64,000 bases of DNA. Source: Patescibacteria group bacterium. Its GTDB lineage: Bacteria > Patescibacteriota > Patescibacteriia > Patescibacteriales > UBA12465. Position 1 is the stretch's first letter, and every line of letters begins with the position of its first letter. Below, one piece after another: positions 1 through 8,132 of this stretch. The notes beneath the pieces are model-generated. The model searched no databases, was not told the DNA's origin, and saw only the letters and a list, made by a program, of their open reading frames with translations. The stretch covers positions 116,459 to 180,458 of the forward strand of contig JBAZBP010000001.1 in NCBI GenBank assembly GCA_041671365.1, given 5' to 3'. Made by a program: the position numbers and the translations under genes.

Positions 1-753
1 AAAAATTTAACTAAAGCGATTTATCGTACCGGTCTAGAAATTGAAGATTTAGTGATTGCGCCACTCGCCGCCGCCGAAGCAGTTTTAAGTAATAAACAAA
101 AAGAACTGGGTGTGGCCCTGATTAACTTGGGCTCAGCTACGACCTCTCTGGCAGTCTACGAAGAACGTAATTTAATTCATACGGCGATTTTGCCAATAGG
201 CTCTGAGCACATTACTGCCGATATCGCCATTGGTCTGCGTTGCCCGATTAATTTAGCGGAAAGAATCAAACAAGAATACGGCACGGCGCGAGTAGAAGAA
301 ATCGACAAAAAGGATGAAGTTGATGTCAGTCAATTAGTTAAGGAAGAAGAAGTTAATGACGATATTAATTTAATTTCTCGTAAGTATTTAGCGGAAATTA
401 TTAGTGCCCGGGTAGAGGAAATTTTTGATAAAGTTGATAATGAATTTAAACGAATTGATCGATCTGGGATGTTGCCGGCCGGTGTTATTTTCGTCGGCGG
501 CGGTTCGGAATTAGACGGTTTGGTGGAAGAGGCTAAAAAGAAATTACGCTTACCGGCGGCGCTAGGAGCAACCAAAAATATTAATGTGATTATTGATAAA
601 GTTAGAAATCCAGAATTTTTAACAGCTCTTGGGCTCGTTATCTGGGGCAGCCATACGGACGGTGACAGTGGCGGTGATAGTAAATTTAAGAATTTTTTAA
701 GCGGTACTTTAGAAAAAACTAAAGATTGGTGGGGTAAAATAATGCCAAAATAA
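1..753 (+). CDS. ftsA: Cell division protein FtsA (5' truncated by window edge)
   Basis: Actin-like ATPase C-terminal half (…LINLGSATTSLAVYEERNLIHTAILPIGSEHITADIA…VIFVGGGSELDGL…). Lies immediately upstream of ftsZ. The ORF is open to the window start. Confidence 0.85.
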   Translation, partial: KNLTKAIYRTGLEIEDLVIAPLAAAEAVLSNKQKELGVALINLGSATTSLAVYEERNLIHTAILPIGSEHITADIAIGLRCPINLAERIKQEYGTARVEEIDKKDEVDVSQLVKEEEVNDDINLISRKYLAEIISARVEEIFDKVDNEFKRIDRSGMLPAGVIFVGGGSELDGLVEEAKKKLRLPAALGATKNINVIIDKVRNPEFLTALGLVIWGSHTDGDSGGDSKFKNFLSGTLEKTKDWWGKIMPK

Positions 754-775
754 ATAATTAAATAAGAAAAATTTT

Positions 776-1969
776 ATGGCTGAAGTTAAACCAGAAATTG
801 AGACATTTGCTAAAATAAAAGTTGTCGGCGTCGGCGGCGGCGGCGGCAGTGCGATTAATCGTATGGTCGCTAACGGCATCAAAGGCGTCGGTTTTGTGGC
901 TATTAATACGGATGTCCAAGCGCTTCATTATAATAAGGCTACGGAAAAAATTCATATCGGTAAAACGGTGACCAGAGGACTGGGCGCCGGTATGAATCCG
1001 GATTTAGGGAAGAGCGCGGCCGAAGAATCACAAAATGAAATTAGGGAAGTTTTAAAAGATTGTGATATGGTTTTTGTGACTTGTGGTTTGGGCGGCGGTA
1101 CCGGTTCGGGCGCTTCGCCAATCGTGGCGCAAATTGCTAAAGATTTAGGAGCTTTGACTGTTGCCGTTGTAACCAAACCTTTTTTATTTGAAGGAGGACA
1201 GCGAAAAAATATCGCTGATCGAGCCTTTTCTGAGCTAGCCGATAAGGTTGACACGATAATTACTATTTCTAATGACAAATTATTACAAGTTGTTGACAAA
1301 AGAACTTCATTATTGGATGCATTTAAAATTGCTGACGATGTTTTGCGCCAGGGTGTTCAGGGTATTGCCGAAATTATTACCGTACCCGGTATTATTAATG
1401 CTGATTTTGCCGATGTTAAGGCAGTAATGTCTAATGCCGGTTCGGCATTAATGGGTATCGGCCAGGCTAGTGGCGAAAACAAGGCCGTAGAAGCGGCCAA
1501 GGATGCAATTAACTCTAGTTTACTGGATATGTCTATTGACGGCGCTAGAGGCATCGTTTTTACGATTACCGGTGGTCCGGATTTGAGTATGACCGAAGTT
1601 AGCGAAGCGGCCAAAGTTATTACTTCAGCCGCCGATGAAGATGCTAAGATTATTTTTGGAGCCGTGGTCGATGAAAACATGAAAGATCAGATTAAAATTA
1701 CGGTAGTAGCCACAGGTTTCGATGGTCACGGTAAGAGTCAAAAGGGAGAAATGACCAAATCCTATACTCCAAATTCGTTTATTGTGGAAAAAGAAGCCGA
1801 GAAAGATCTCGCGCCCAGCAGTAATATTGACAAGAATAAAGGAAAATTTTCGGTTTTTAAGAATATTCCAGTAAAACCAGCCTTAGAAAAAAAGGCCGAA
1901 AAAGCTAATCACCAGGATGATGACGATGATTTAAGCGTTCCAGCGTTTATTAGGAAGAAGATGGGGTAA
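776..1969 (+). CDS. ftsZ: Cell division GTPase FtsZ
   Basis: Tubulin signature GGGTGSG (…TCGLGGGTGSGASPIVAQIAKD…). N-terminal VGVGGGGGSAINRM. Acidic C-terminal tail ending …DLSVPAFIRKKMG, a typical FtsA-binding peptide. Confidence 0.95.
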   Translation: MAEVKPEIETFAKIKVVGVGGGGGSAINRMVANGIKGVGFVAINTDVQALHYNKATEKIHIGKTVTRGLGAGMNPDLGKSAAEESQNEIREVLKDCDMVFVTCGLGGGTGSGASPIVAQIAKDLGALTVAVVTKPFLFEGGQRKNIADRAFSELADKVDTIITISNDKLLQVVDKRTSLLDAFKIADDVLRQGVQGIAEIITVPGIINADFADVKAVMSNAGSALMGIGQASGENKAVEAAKDAINSSLLDMSIDGARGIVFTITGGPDLSMTEVSEAAKVITSAADEDAKIIFGAVVDENMKDQIKITVVATGFDGHGKSQKGEMTKSYTPNSFIVEKEAEKDLAPSSNIDKNKGKFSVFKNIPVKPALEKKAEKANHQDDDDDLSVPAFIRKKMG

Positions 1970-1995
1970 TTTTAATTTGACTGTAGATAGAATTT

Positions 1996-2029
1996 AAAAA
2001 CTCCTTACCCTTGGTAAAGAGTTTTTTTA
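1996..2029 (+). terminator. Rho-independent terminator after ftsZ
   Basis: Hairpin AAACTCCTTACC-ctt-GGTAAAGAGTTT followed by a T7 run. Confidence 0.6.
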
Positions 2030-2105
2030 ATTTTTAAAATATAATATTTTAAAATTCTGTGCATAACTTTGGATTTATTTAATATTTTTTTAAAGATTAG
2101 CTAAA

Positions 2106-2134
2106 TTGACCGCCAGTTAAAATCTTGCTAAAAT
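2106..2134 (+). promoter_or_regulatory. Sigma70-like promoter for the nrdR-nrdD-nrdG operon
   Basis: TTGACC, 17-nt spacer, TAAAAT. Confidence 0.5.
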
Positions 2135-2143
2135 ATAGAGACA

Positions 2144-2192
2144 ATACAATATTTAGTGGTCATAACTAGTGAATGGCCACAAAATATAGATT
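2144..2192 (+). promoter_or_regulatory. Candidate tandem NrdR boxes
   Basis: ATACAATATTTAGTGG (2144-2159) and CCACAAAATATAGATT (2177-2192) match the 16-bp NrdR-box palindrome acaCwAtATaTwGtgt at 13/16 and 12/16 positions. Centres are about 33 bp apart. Both lie between the -10 element and the nrdR start. Confidence 0.45.
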
Positions 2193-2195
2193 TAT

Positions 2196-2654
2196 ATGAA
2201 ATGTCCTATTTGTTATTTTCCTGATACCAAGGTGGTTGACTCTCGTGTGGCCATAGATGGCCTGTCGATTCGTCGTCGTCGTGAATGTTTAAAGTGTGGT
2301 TTTCGTTTTTCGACCTATGAAGAGATAGAATTGCTGGATTTGGTTATTGTTAAAAGGGATGGTCGTCGAGAATCTTATAATCGAGAAAAAATGGTTAATG
2401 GTTTAAAAAAATCTTGTGAAAAGCGGTCGATTACGGAAGATCGTTTTAAAAAATTAGTCCATTCTATCGAACGTGATTTGCAGCGTCTTAAAAATACGGA
2501 AATTACTTCGCGGCAAATCGGTCAAGCGGTAATGAAGAATTTAAAACGAGTCGATCCGGTCGCTTATATTCGCTATGCCTCGGTTTATGAATCCTTTAAA
2601 GATGCCCACGAATTTCGTAAAGAGTTAAATAAATTAATTAATGAAAAAAAGTAA
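2196..2654 (+). CDS. nrdR: Transcriptional repressor NrdR (zinc ribbon plus ATP-cone)
   Basis: MKCPICYFPDTKVVDSRVAIDGLSIRRRRECLKCGFRFSTYEE is the canonical NrdR N-terminal Zn ribbon. An ATP-cone follows. Confidence 0.9.
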   Translation: MKCPICYFPDTKVVDSRVAIDGLSIRRRRECLKCGFRFSTYEEIELLDLVIVKRDGRRESYNREKMVNGLKKSCEKRSITEDRFKKLVHSIERDLQRLKNTEITSRQIGQAVMKNLKRVDPVAYIRYASVYESFKDAHEFRKELNKLINEKK

Positions 2655-4716
2655 TATGACTGAAACTATCAGCAAACTAATTAAAAGGTCCGGTGAAATT
2701 AGTGATTTTGATCAGGATAAGATTGTTACGGCGATTTATAAGGCGGCCCTAGCAACGGGGGTAGATGACCATCACCAGGCTAAAAAATTAGCTAGTCAAG
2801 TAGTTATTCAGCTTAATAAGAAATTTTATAAAAGTAGTATACCGGCCGTAGAAGAGGTCCAGGATATAGTGGAAGAGGTATTGATTGAGAATAAGTTAAT
2901 TAAGATCGCTAAGGCTTATATTTTATATCGCGAGCAACATCGTCAATTACGTGATATTAACACTAAAATAATTGATGATAAATTGATGGAAGATTATTTG
3001 GGTAGAGCGGATTGGCGTTTGAAAGAAAATAGTAATATGAGTTTTTCTGTCCAGGGTTTAAATAATTATATTGCTTCGGCTATTTCCGCTCGTTATTGGT
3101 TAGATAAATTATATCCAGAAAATATTCGCGCCGCCCATATTAATGCTGATTTTCATATTCATGATTTAGGTTTACTCGCCCCTTACTGTTGTGGTTGGGA
3201 TTTAAAAGATTTATTGATTCGCGGTTTTCGGGGAGTGAATGAAAAAGTACAAAGTAATCCGCCTAAGCATTTTCGCAGCGCCCTCGGTCAGATAATTAAT
3301 TTTTTCTATACCATGCAGGGCGAAGCGGCCGGCGCTCAAGCTTTTGCTAATTTTGATACTTATCTGGCGCCATTTATCCGCTATGATAATTTAACCTATA
3401 AAGAAATTAAACAGGGTCTGCAAGAATTCATGTTTAATATTAATGTCCCGACTCGAGTTGGTTTTCAAACCCCGTTTACTAATGTTACTTTAGACGTTAC
3501 TCCCTCTCCTATGATTGGCGAAGAAAATGTTATTATCGGCGGAGAAATCAAATCGGAGAAATATAAAGATTTTCAAGCGGAAATGGATTTATTTAATACC
3601 GCTTTTGCCGAAGTGATGATTGCGGGTGATTCGACCGGGCGGGTTTTTGGCTTTCCTATACCGACTTATTGTATTGATAAAGATTTTGACTGGGACAGAG
3701 AATGCTTAAAGCCGGTTTGGGAAATGACCGCTAAATATGGCATCCCTTATTTTTCTAATTTTGTTAATTCCGACATGAAGCGCGATGATGCCCGATCAAT
3801 GTGTTGCCGCTTAAGGCTGGATAACCGAGAATTACGTAAACGTGGCGGCGGTTTGTTTGGCGCGAACCCACTGACCGGTTCTATTGGCGTCGTGACAGTT
3901 AACTTGCCTCGTATCGGCTATTTGTCCAAGAGCAAAGAAGAATTTAAAAAACGTTTGTTAGTTTTAATGGAATTAGCTAAAGAGAGTTTAGAAATTAAAC
4001 GTAAAATTTTGGAAAAATTTACCGATGACCACCTTTATCCTTATTCTATGTTCTATTTAGATAATATTAAGAAACGTTTTGGTTCTTATTGGCAAAATCA
4101 TTTTTTGACTATTGGCATCAACGGTATGAATGAAGCCGCTTTAAATTTAATGGGTAAAGACTTGTCTACTCCCGAAGGTCGCGCCTTTGCGGCCGAAATT
4201 TTAGATTTCATGCGCGAAAAACTTATGGATTTTCAAAATGAGACTAATAATCTGTATAATTTAGAGGCGACTCCGGCCGAAGGCACCACCTATCGTTTCG
4301 CTAAAAAAGATCAGCAGCTTTATCCGGGTATTATTTGCGCTAATACGGAGGCGGTAAAAACTCAAGGAGCTCCTCCTTATTATACTAATTCTTCACATTT
4401 GCATGTAAATTTTAGTGATGATATTTTCTCCGCTCTTGATTTGCAGGATGATTTACAAATTAAATATACCGGGGGAACGGTTTTGCACGGTTTCTTGGGA
4501 GAAAGACTGCCTAATGGTGATACCGCTAAGAAATTAGTGAAAAAAATTGTTGAAAATTATCGTTTACCATATTTTACGATTACCCCAACTTTCTCGATTT
4601 GTCCTAAGCATGGATATTTATCCGGCGAACATAAGTTTTGTCCGAAATGTGACGAGGAAATTGGTTATAAAGAAAATTTAGCAGAGCTTGAAACCGATAA
4701 AAATGTTAATAAATAA
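2641..4716 (+). CDS. nrdD: Anaerobic ribonucleoside-triphosphate reductase NrdD, large part: ATP-cone, catalytic barrel and Zn-ribbon, ending before the glycyl-radical segment
   Basis: N-terminal ATP-cone (LIKRSGEISDFDQDKIVTAIYKAA). NrdD core motifs are present. The C-terminus carries the Zn site …FSICPKHGYLSGEHKFCPKCDEE… and then stops. Followed by nrdG. Confidence 0.9.
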   Translation: MKKSNMTETISKLIKRSGEISDFDQDKIVTAIYKAALATGVDDHHQAKKLASQVVIQLNKKFYKSSIPAVEEVQDIVEEVLIENKLIKIAKAYILYREQHRQLRDINTKIIDDKLMEDYLGRADWRLKENSNMSFSVQGLNNYIASAISARYWLDKLYPENIRAAHINADFHIHDLGLLAPYCCGWDLKDLLIRGFRGVNEKVQSNPPKHFRSALGQIINFFYTMQGEAAGAQAFANFDTYLAPFIRYDNLTYKEIKQGLQEFMFNINVPTRVGFQTPFTNVTLDVTPSPMIGEENVIIGGEIKSEKYKDFQAEMDLFNTAFAEVMIAGDSTGRVFGFPIPTYCIDKDFDWDRECLKPVWEMTAKYGIPYFSNFVNSDMKRDDARSMCCRLRLDNRELRKRGGGLFGANPLTGSIGVVTVNLPRIGYLSKSKEEFKKRLLVLMELAKESLEIKRKILEKFTDDHLYPYSMFYLDNIKKRFGSYWQNHFLTIGINGMNEAALNLMGKDLSTPEGRAFAAEILDFMREKLMDFQNETNNLYNLEATPAEGTTYRFAKKDQQLYPGIICANTEAVKTQGAPPYYTNSSHLHVNFSDDIFSALDLQDDLQIKYTGGTVLHGFLGERLPNGDTAKKLVKKIVENYRLPYFTITPTFSICPKHGYLSGEHKFCPKCDEEIGYKENLAELETDKNVNK

Positions 4717-4761
4717 AATCGATTTGTAATTTAAATATTTTTAATTTATAATAATAAACAT

Positions 4762-4899
4762 ATGAGTCCGATCCAAACCCAAAGACAAGAATGTGTTGTT
4801 TATAGCCGGGTTGTTGGCTGGCTAACACCGACTAAAAACTGGAACCCGGGAAAAGCTTCTGAATATACTGATCGTAAAACCTATCAAGTTAATAATTAA
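4762..4899 (+). CDS. Free-standing NrdD glycyl-radical peptide (45 aa)
   Basis: MSPIQTQRQECVVYSRVVGWLTPTKNWNPGKASEYTDRKTYQVNN matches the NrdD C-terminal glycyl-radical consensus (…VYSRVxGYLxPVxxWNxGKxxExxxRxxY). It sits 45 nt after the nrdD stop, with in-frame stops between them, and ends 2 nt before nrdG. It is not in the ORF track because it is under 60 aa. Confidence 0.6.
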   Translation: MSPIQTQRQECVVYSRVVGWLTPTKNWNPGKASEYTDRKTYQVNN

Positions 4900-4901
4900 T
4901 T

Positions 4902-5639
4902 TTGTTTAATTTTATGATAATCGGTGGTTTGGAGAAATTAACTCTCCTCGACTACCCCGATCATCTAGCGGCGATTATCTTTACCCAAGGTTGTAATTTC
5001 CGTTGCCACTTTTGTTATAACCCCATGCTTGTCTGGCCCCGACAGGGAACGGACAAAAAAAATAAAAAAGAAAAAGGTTTTTCACCACCATCTGTTAATG
5101 ACCTTTTTCTTTTTTTACGAGAAAGATTTGGCCGTTTAGAGGGAGTAGTTATTACTGGCGGAGAGCCAACCCTGCACTCCGACCTGCCTTCTTTTATTCG
5201 AACCATAAAAGATATGGGTTATTTGGTGAAGTTAGATACCAATGGCACTAATCCGGCAATGTTGAAAAAATTAATTGGGGACAGGCTGATTGATTACATA
5301 GCCATGGATTTAAAGGCCCCTCTTTCTAAATATGAAACCGTAGTCGGGACATCTATTGACTGTAATAATATAAAGAAAAGTGTTAAAATTATAATGACGA
5401 GCGGTCTCCCTTATGAATTTCGGACGACCGTTGTCCCCGGTCTTTTAACTTTAACGGATTTTGCGTCAATGGGCCGAGTAATTAAAGGAGCGAAAAAATG
5501 GTATTTGCAATCATTTAAGTCCGACACCGATTTAGTCGATGTTAAATATCAAAAGCAAGCGGCTTATACTAGCCAAGAAATGCTTAGCTTTGCGGCCATT
5601 GGCAGAAAATATGTCGATCTCTGTGAGCTGCGCGCTTAA
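4902..5639 (+). CDS. nrdG: Anaerobic RNR activating enzyme NrdG (radical SAM)
   Basis: CNFRCHFCYN CxxxCxxC cluster and GGEPT motif. Lies immediately downstream of nrdD. TTG start (ATG alternative at 4914). Confidence 0.85.
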   Translation: MFNFMIIGGLEKLTLLDYPDHLAAIIFTQGCNFRCHFCYNPMLVWPRQGTDKKNKKEKGFSPPSVNDLFLFLRERFGRLEGVVITGGEPTLHSDLPSFIRTIKDMGYLVKLDTNGTNPAMLKKLIGDRLIDYIAMDLKAPLSKYETVVGTSIDCNNIKKSVKIIMTSGLPYEFRTTVVPGLLTLTDFASMGRVIKGAKKWYLQSFKSDTDLVDVKYQKQAAYTSQEMLSFAAIGRKYVDLCELRA

Positions 5640-5664
5640 TTGATTTTTCTCATTTTTTAAATGT

Positions 5665-7431
5665 ATGAAAGATATAGCGGTTTTTGCTCAGACAACTTAT
5701 CGTAACGAATTTAAAAAATTCGGCATTAAAGTCGACGATCGCCGTCGGCATATGTATTTGATTGGAAAAACCGGTATGGGTAAGTCGACAATTTTAGAAA
5801 ACATGATTGTCGATGACATTCGCGCCGGCAATGGCGTGGCCGTAGTTGATCCGCATGGCGATTTAGCGGAAAAAATTATTCGCTATATCCCCAGTAGCCG
5901 GATTAATGAGGTAATTTATTTTAATCCTTCGGATATTAATTACCCGATTGCTTTTAACGTGGTTGAACAAGTGGAACCGCATTTGCGCCATTTAGTCGCT
6001 TCCGGTTTAATTGGAGTTTTTCAAAAATTATGGGCTGATTCTTGGGGGCCACGTTTGGAATATATTTTACGTAATACTATTTTGGCAATTTTAGATTTTC
6101 CCGGCTCAACTCTTTTAGGCGTGGTGCGTATGCTATCCGATAAAAATTATCGCAAAAGAGTGGTCGCTAATATTAAAGATCCGGTGGTTAAAGCTTTTTG
6201 GGAGAAAGAGTTTTCCGGTTATGCCGATAAATTCGCTTCTGAGGCGGTTTCGCCGATTCAAAATAAAGTCGGGCAATTTCTTTCCAGCTCTTTAATGAGA
6301 AATGTCATCGGTCAGGTAAAATCTTCAATTGATATTCGTGATATTATGGATAATGGTAAAATTTTAATTATGAATTTATCCAAAGGACGTATCGGCGAAG
6401 ACAACTCCGCTCTCTTAGGAGCTATGATGATTACTAAGATCCAGTTGGCAGCGATGAGTCGGGTTGATGTTCCGGAAAAAAATCGTCGGGATTTTTATTT
6501 ATATATCGATGAATTCCAAAATTTTTCAACCGATAGTTTTGCCAATATTTTATCGGAAGCGCGAAAATATCGGTTGAATCTAATTTTAGCGCATCAGTAT
6601 ATTGAACAGCTCAGTGAAAAAGTTAGACCGGCGGTTTTTGGTAACGTTGGAACAATGATTGTTTTTCGAGTAGGAGCGATTGACGCCGAGGAATTAGTTA
6701 AAGAATTTACGCCAACTTTTACAGAAGAAGATTTGGTAAATTTACCAAAATATGAAATGTATTTAAAATTGATGATTGACGGAATTTCATCTTCGCCCTT
6801 TTCCGCTGCCGGTCTTCCGCCCCTGCGAGAAGACGAAGAAACCGGTAATGAACAAAAAGTAATTGATTATTCTCGTGAAAAGTATGCTTCGGATCGGGCA
6901 ACGGTAGAAGAAAAAATTATGAGTTGGCATGAAAATTATGGAGAAGACGAAATTAGGACTTCGGCTAAAAAAATTGTTTTACCGGCCAATCGAATTGATG
7001 ATTCGGCTATCGAAGCCAAAACTGTAGCCGCAGTTGCGTCAGTTCCGGTATCGCCGCCAATTTCATCATCTTTTTCGGCCGCTAATTCTAAACTTTCGGC
7101 AAAACCCGTATCTCCAAAAACTTTTTTAACCGCCGATAGTTCAACTTTTAGTCAAAAATCAGTAGTTAAAACCGGTTATTCGGCCATATGTGCAACTTGT
7201 GGGCAGAAAACGATGACTATTTTTAAACCGGACGGCATTCGACCGGTTTATTGCCGAGATTGTTTAAGCCGGAAAAAAGAAGAGAAACGCTTGGATCTGG
7301 AAGCCCGTCATTTAGCCAAAGAACAAGAAAAACAAAGCTTAACAACGACAACTACCACAACCACTACTACCGAAACAATGAAACCGGCGGCAGTGAATCC
7401 GGTTTTATCCCTGAATGATTTAAAAATATGA
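5665..7431 (+). CDS. TraD/VirD4/TraG-superfamily (type IV coupling-protein-like) P-loop ATPase with C-terminal zinc ribbon and poly-Thr linker
   Basis: Walker A HMYLIGKTGMGKST and Walker B-like FYLYIDEFQNF. C-terminal CATCGQKTMTIFKPDGIRPVYCRDC is a CxxC-x19-CxxC ribbon. A TTTTTTTTTTET tract follows. Confidence 0.5.
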   Translation: MKDIAVFAQTTYRNEFKKFGIKVDDRRRHMYLIGKTGMGKSTILENMIVDDIRAGNGVAVVDPHGDLAEKIIRYIPSSRINEVIYFNPSDINYPIAFNVVEQVEPHLRHLVASGLIGVFQKLWADSWGPRLEYILRNTILAILDFPGSTLLGVVRMLSDKNYRKRVVANIKDPVVKAFWEKEFSGYADKFASEAVSPIQNKVGQFLSSSLMRNVIGQVKSSIDIRDIMDNGKILIMNLSKGRIGEDNSALLGAMMITKIQLAAMSRVDVPEKNRRDFYLYIDEFQNFSTDSFANILSEARKYRLNLILAHQYIEQLSEKVRPAVFGNVGTMIVFRVGAIDAEELVKEFTPTFTEEDLVNLPKYEMYLKLMIDGISSSPFSAAGLPPLREDEETGNEQKVIDYSREKYASDRATVEEKIMSWHENYGEDEIRTSAKKIVLPANRIDDSAIEAKTVAAVASVPVSPPISSSFSAANSKLSAKPVSPKTFLTADSSTFSQKSVVKTGYSAICATCGQKTMTIFKPDGIRPVYCRDCLSRKKEEKRLDLEARHLAKEQEKQSLTTTTTTTTTTETMKPAAVNPVLSLNDLKI

Positions 7432-7550
7432 GTCCGCGTGATTTTCGCGGCCGGGAGATAAAAAATCGGTCAGCATCTTTAGAAAAAAATACCGAAGAGA
7501 AGACATTAAAAGAGGGAGAAGATTTAATTATCAGTAACAATAATTTTTAA
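7428..7550 (+). CDS. Small 40-aa ORF filling the ATPase–exonuclease gap
   Basis: ATGA start/stop overlap with the upstream ATPase, and its stop is 3 nt before the downstream start. Sequence MSPRDFRGREIKNRSASLEKNTEEKTLKEGEDLIISNNNF. No recognisable domain. Confidence 0.3.
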   Translation: MSPRDFRGREIKNRSASLEKNTEEKTLKEGEDLIISNNNF

Positions 7551-7553
7551 ATT

Positions 7554-8132
7554 ATGTATTTGTTTTTTGATACGGAAACAACCGGTTTACCTCGTAATTA
7601 TCAAGCACCGCTTGATGATTTTTTGAATTGGCCGCGGATTGTGCAGTTAGCCTGGAGCCTTTACGATGAAGATGGCGGACTCTGGGAGAGTTATAATTAT
7701 ATTATTAAACCCGTTGGCTTTATCATTCCCGAAGAGTCCACTAAAATTCATCATATTTCTCAAGAAAGAGCCAGGCAAGAGGGTATAGAATTACAGCTGG
7801 CGCTGAAATATTTTTTGCGAGATGTCGATGGCGCCGCCACCCTGGTTGCTCATAATATTGATTTTGACGAAAAAATTATTGGCTCGGAGCTTTTACGAGA
7901 AAAATTAATAAATCCTCTGACGGCTGCTCATAAAATTTGTACCATGAAATCCAGCGCCGCTTATTGTCAAATAGCTAGTAGTCGTGGCGGTTATAAGTGG
8001 CCGAATCTAATGGAACTTTATACCTGTCTGTTTAAGATTGGATTTGCGGATGCTCACGACGCTATGATTGACGTTAAGGCTTGCGCTGAATGTTTTTTTG
8101 AGTTAAAAAGAAGAGGTGTTATTCGACTATGA
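7554..8132 (+). CDS. DnaQ-like DEDDh 3'-5' exonuclease
   Basis: Exo I FFDTETTGLP, Exo II LVAHNIDFDEKII, Exo III HDAMIDVKACAECF. Confidence 0.75.
   Translation: MYLFFDTETTGLPRNYQAPLDDFLNWPRIVQLAWSLYDEDGGLWESYNYIIKPVGFIIPEESTKIHHISQERARQEGIELQLALKYFLRDVDGAATLVAHNIDFDEKIIGSELLREKLINPLTAAHKICTMKSSAAYCQIASSRGGYKWPNLMELYTCLFKIGFADAHDAMIDVKACAECFFELKRRGVIRL

Noticed and set aside
330-575. Antisense 81-aa ORF inside ftsA. Similar antisense or alternate-frame ORFs occur at 758-955, 952-1299, 1357-1680, 5015-5206, 6719-6901, 9373-9693, 11076-11297, 12915-13211, 15137-15415, 21745-22026, 23834-24049, 24833-25192, 25875-26129, 31825-32154, 31904-32137, 33579-34007, 34262-34806, 36997-37242, 37389-37607, 37880-38248, 39622-39867, 41804-42120, 45489-46355, 50423-50644, 53652-53885, 58730-58933, 60670-60975 and 61078-61509.
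   Set aside because: All are embedded in or antisense to strongly supported conserved genes (ftsA, ftsZ, dnaK, atp genes, groEL and others). They have low-complexity or repetitive translations typical of AT/GC-skewed shadow frames, and none has a recognisable domain.
4717-4761. Possibility that nrdD is interrupted by a group I intron or intein, as in phage T4 nrdD.
   Set aside because: The gap is only 45 nt and contains stops in all continuations. That is far too short for a group I or II intron or an intein. The downstream piece has its own ATG.
7351-7380. Short (ACN)n trinucleotide array, considered as a possible CRISPR, microsatellite or VNTR locus.
   Set aside because: It lies in frame inside the ATPase ORF and encodes a poly-Thr linker. 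It is a single tract with no spacer-repeat architecture.
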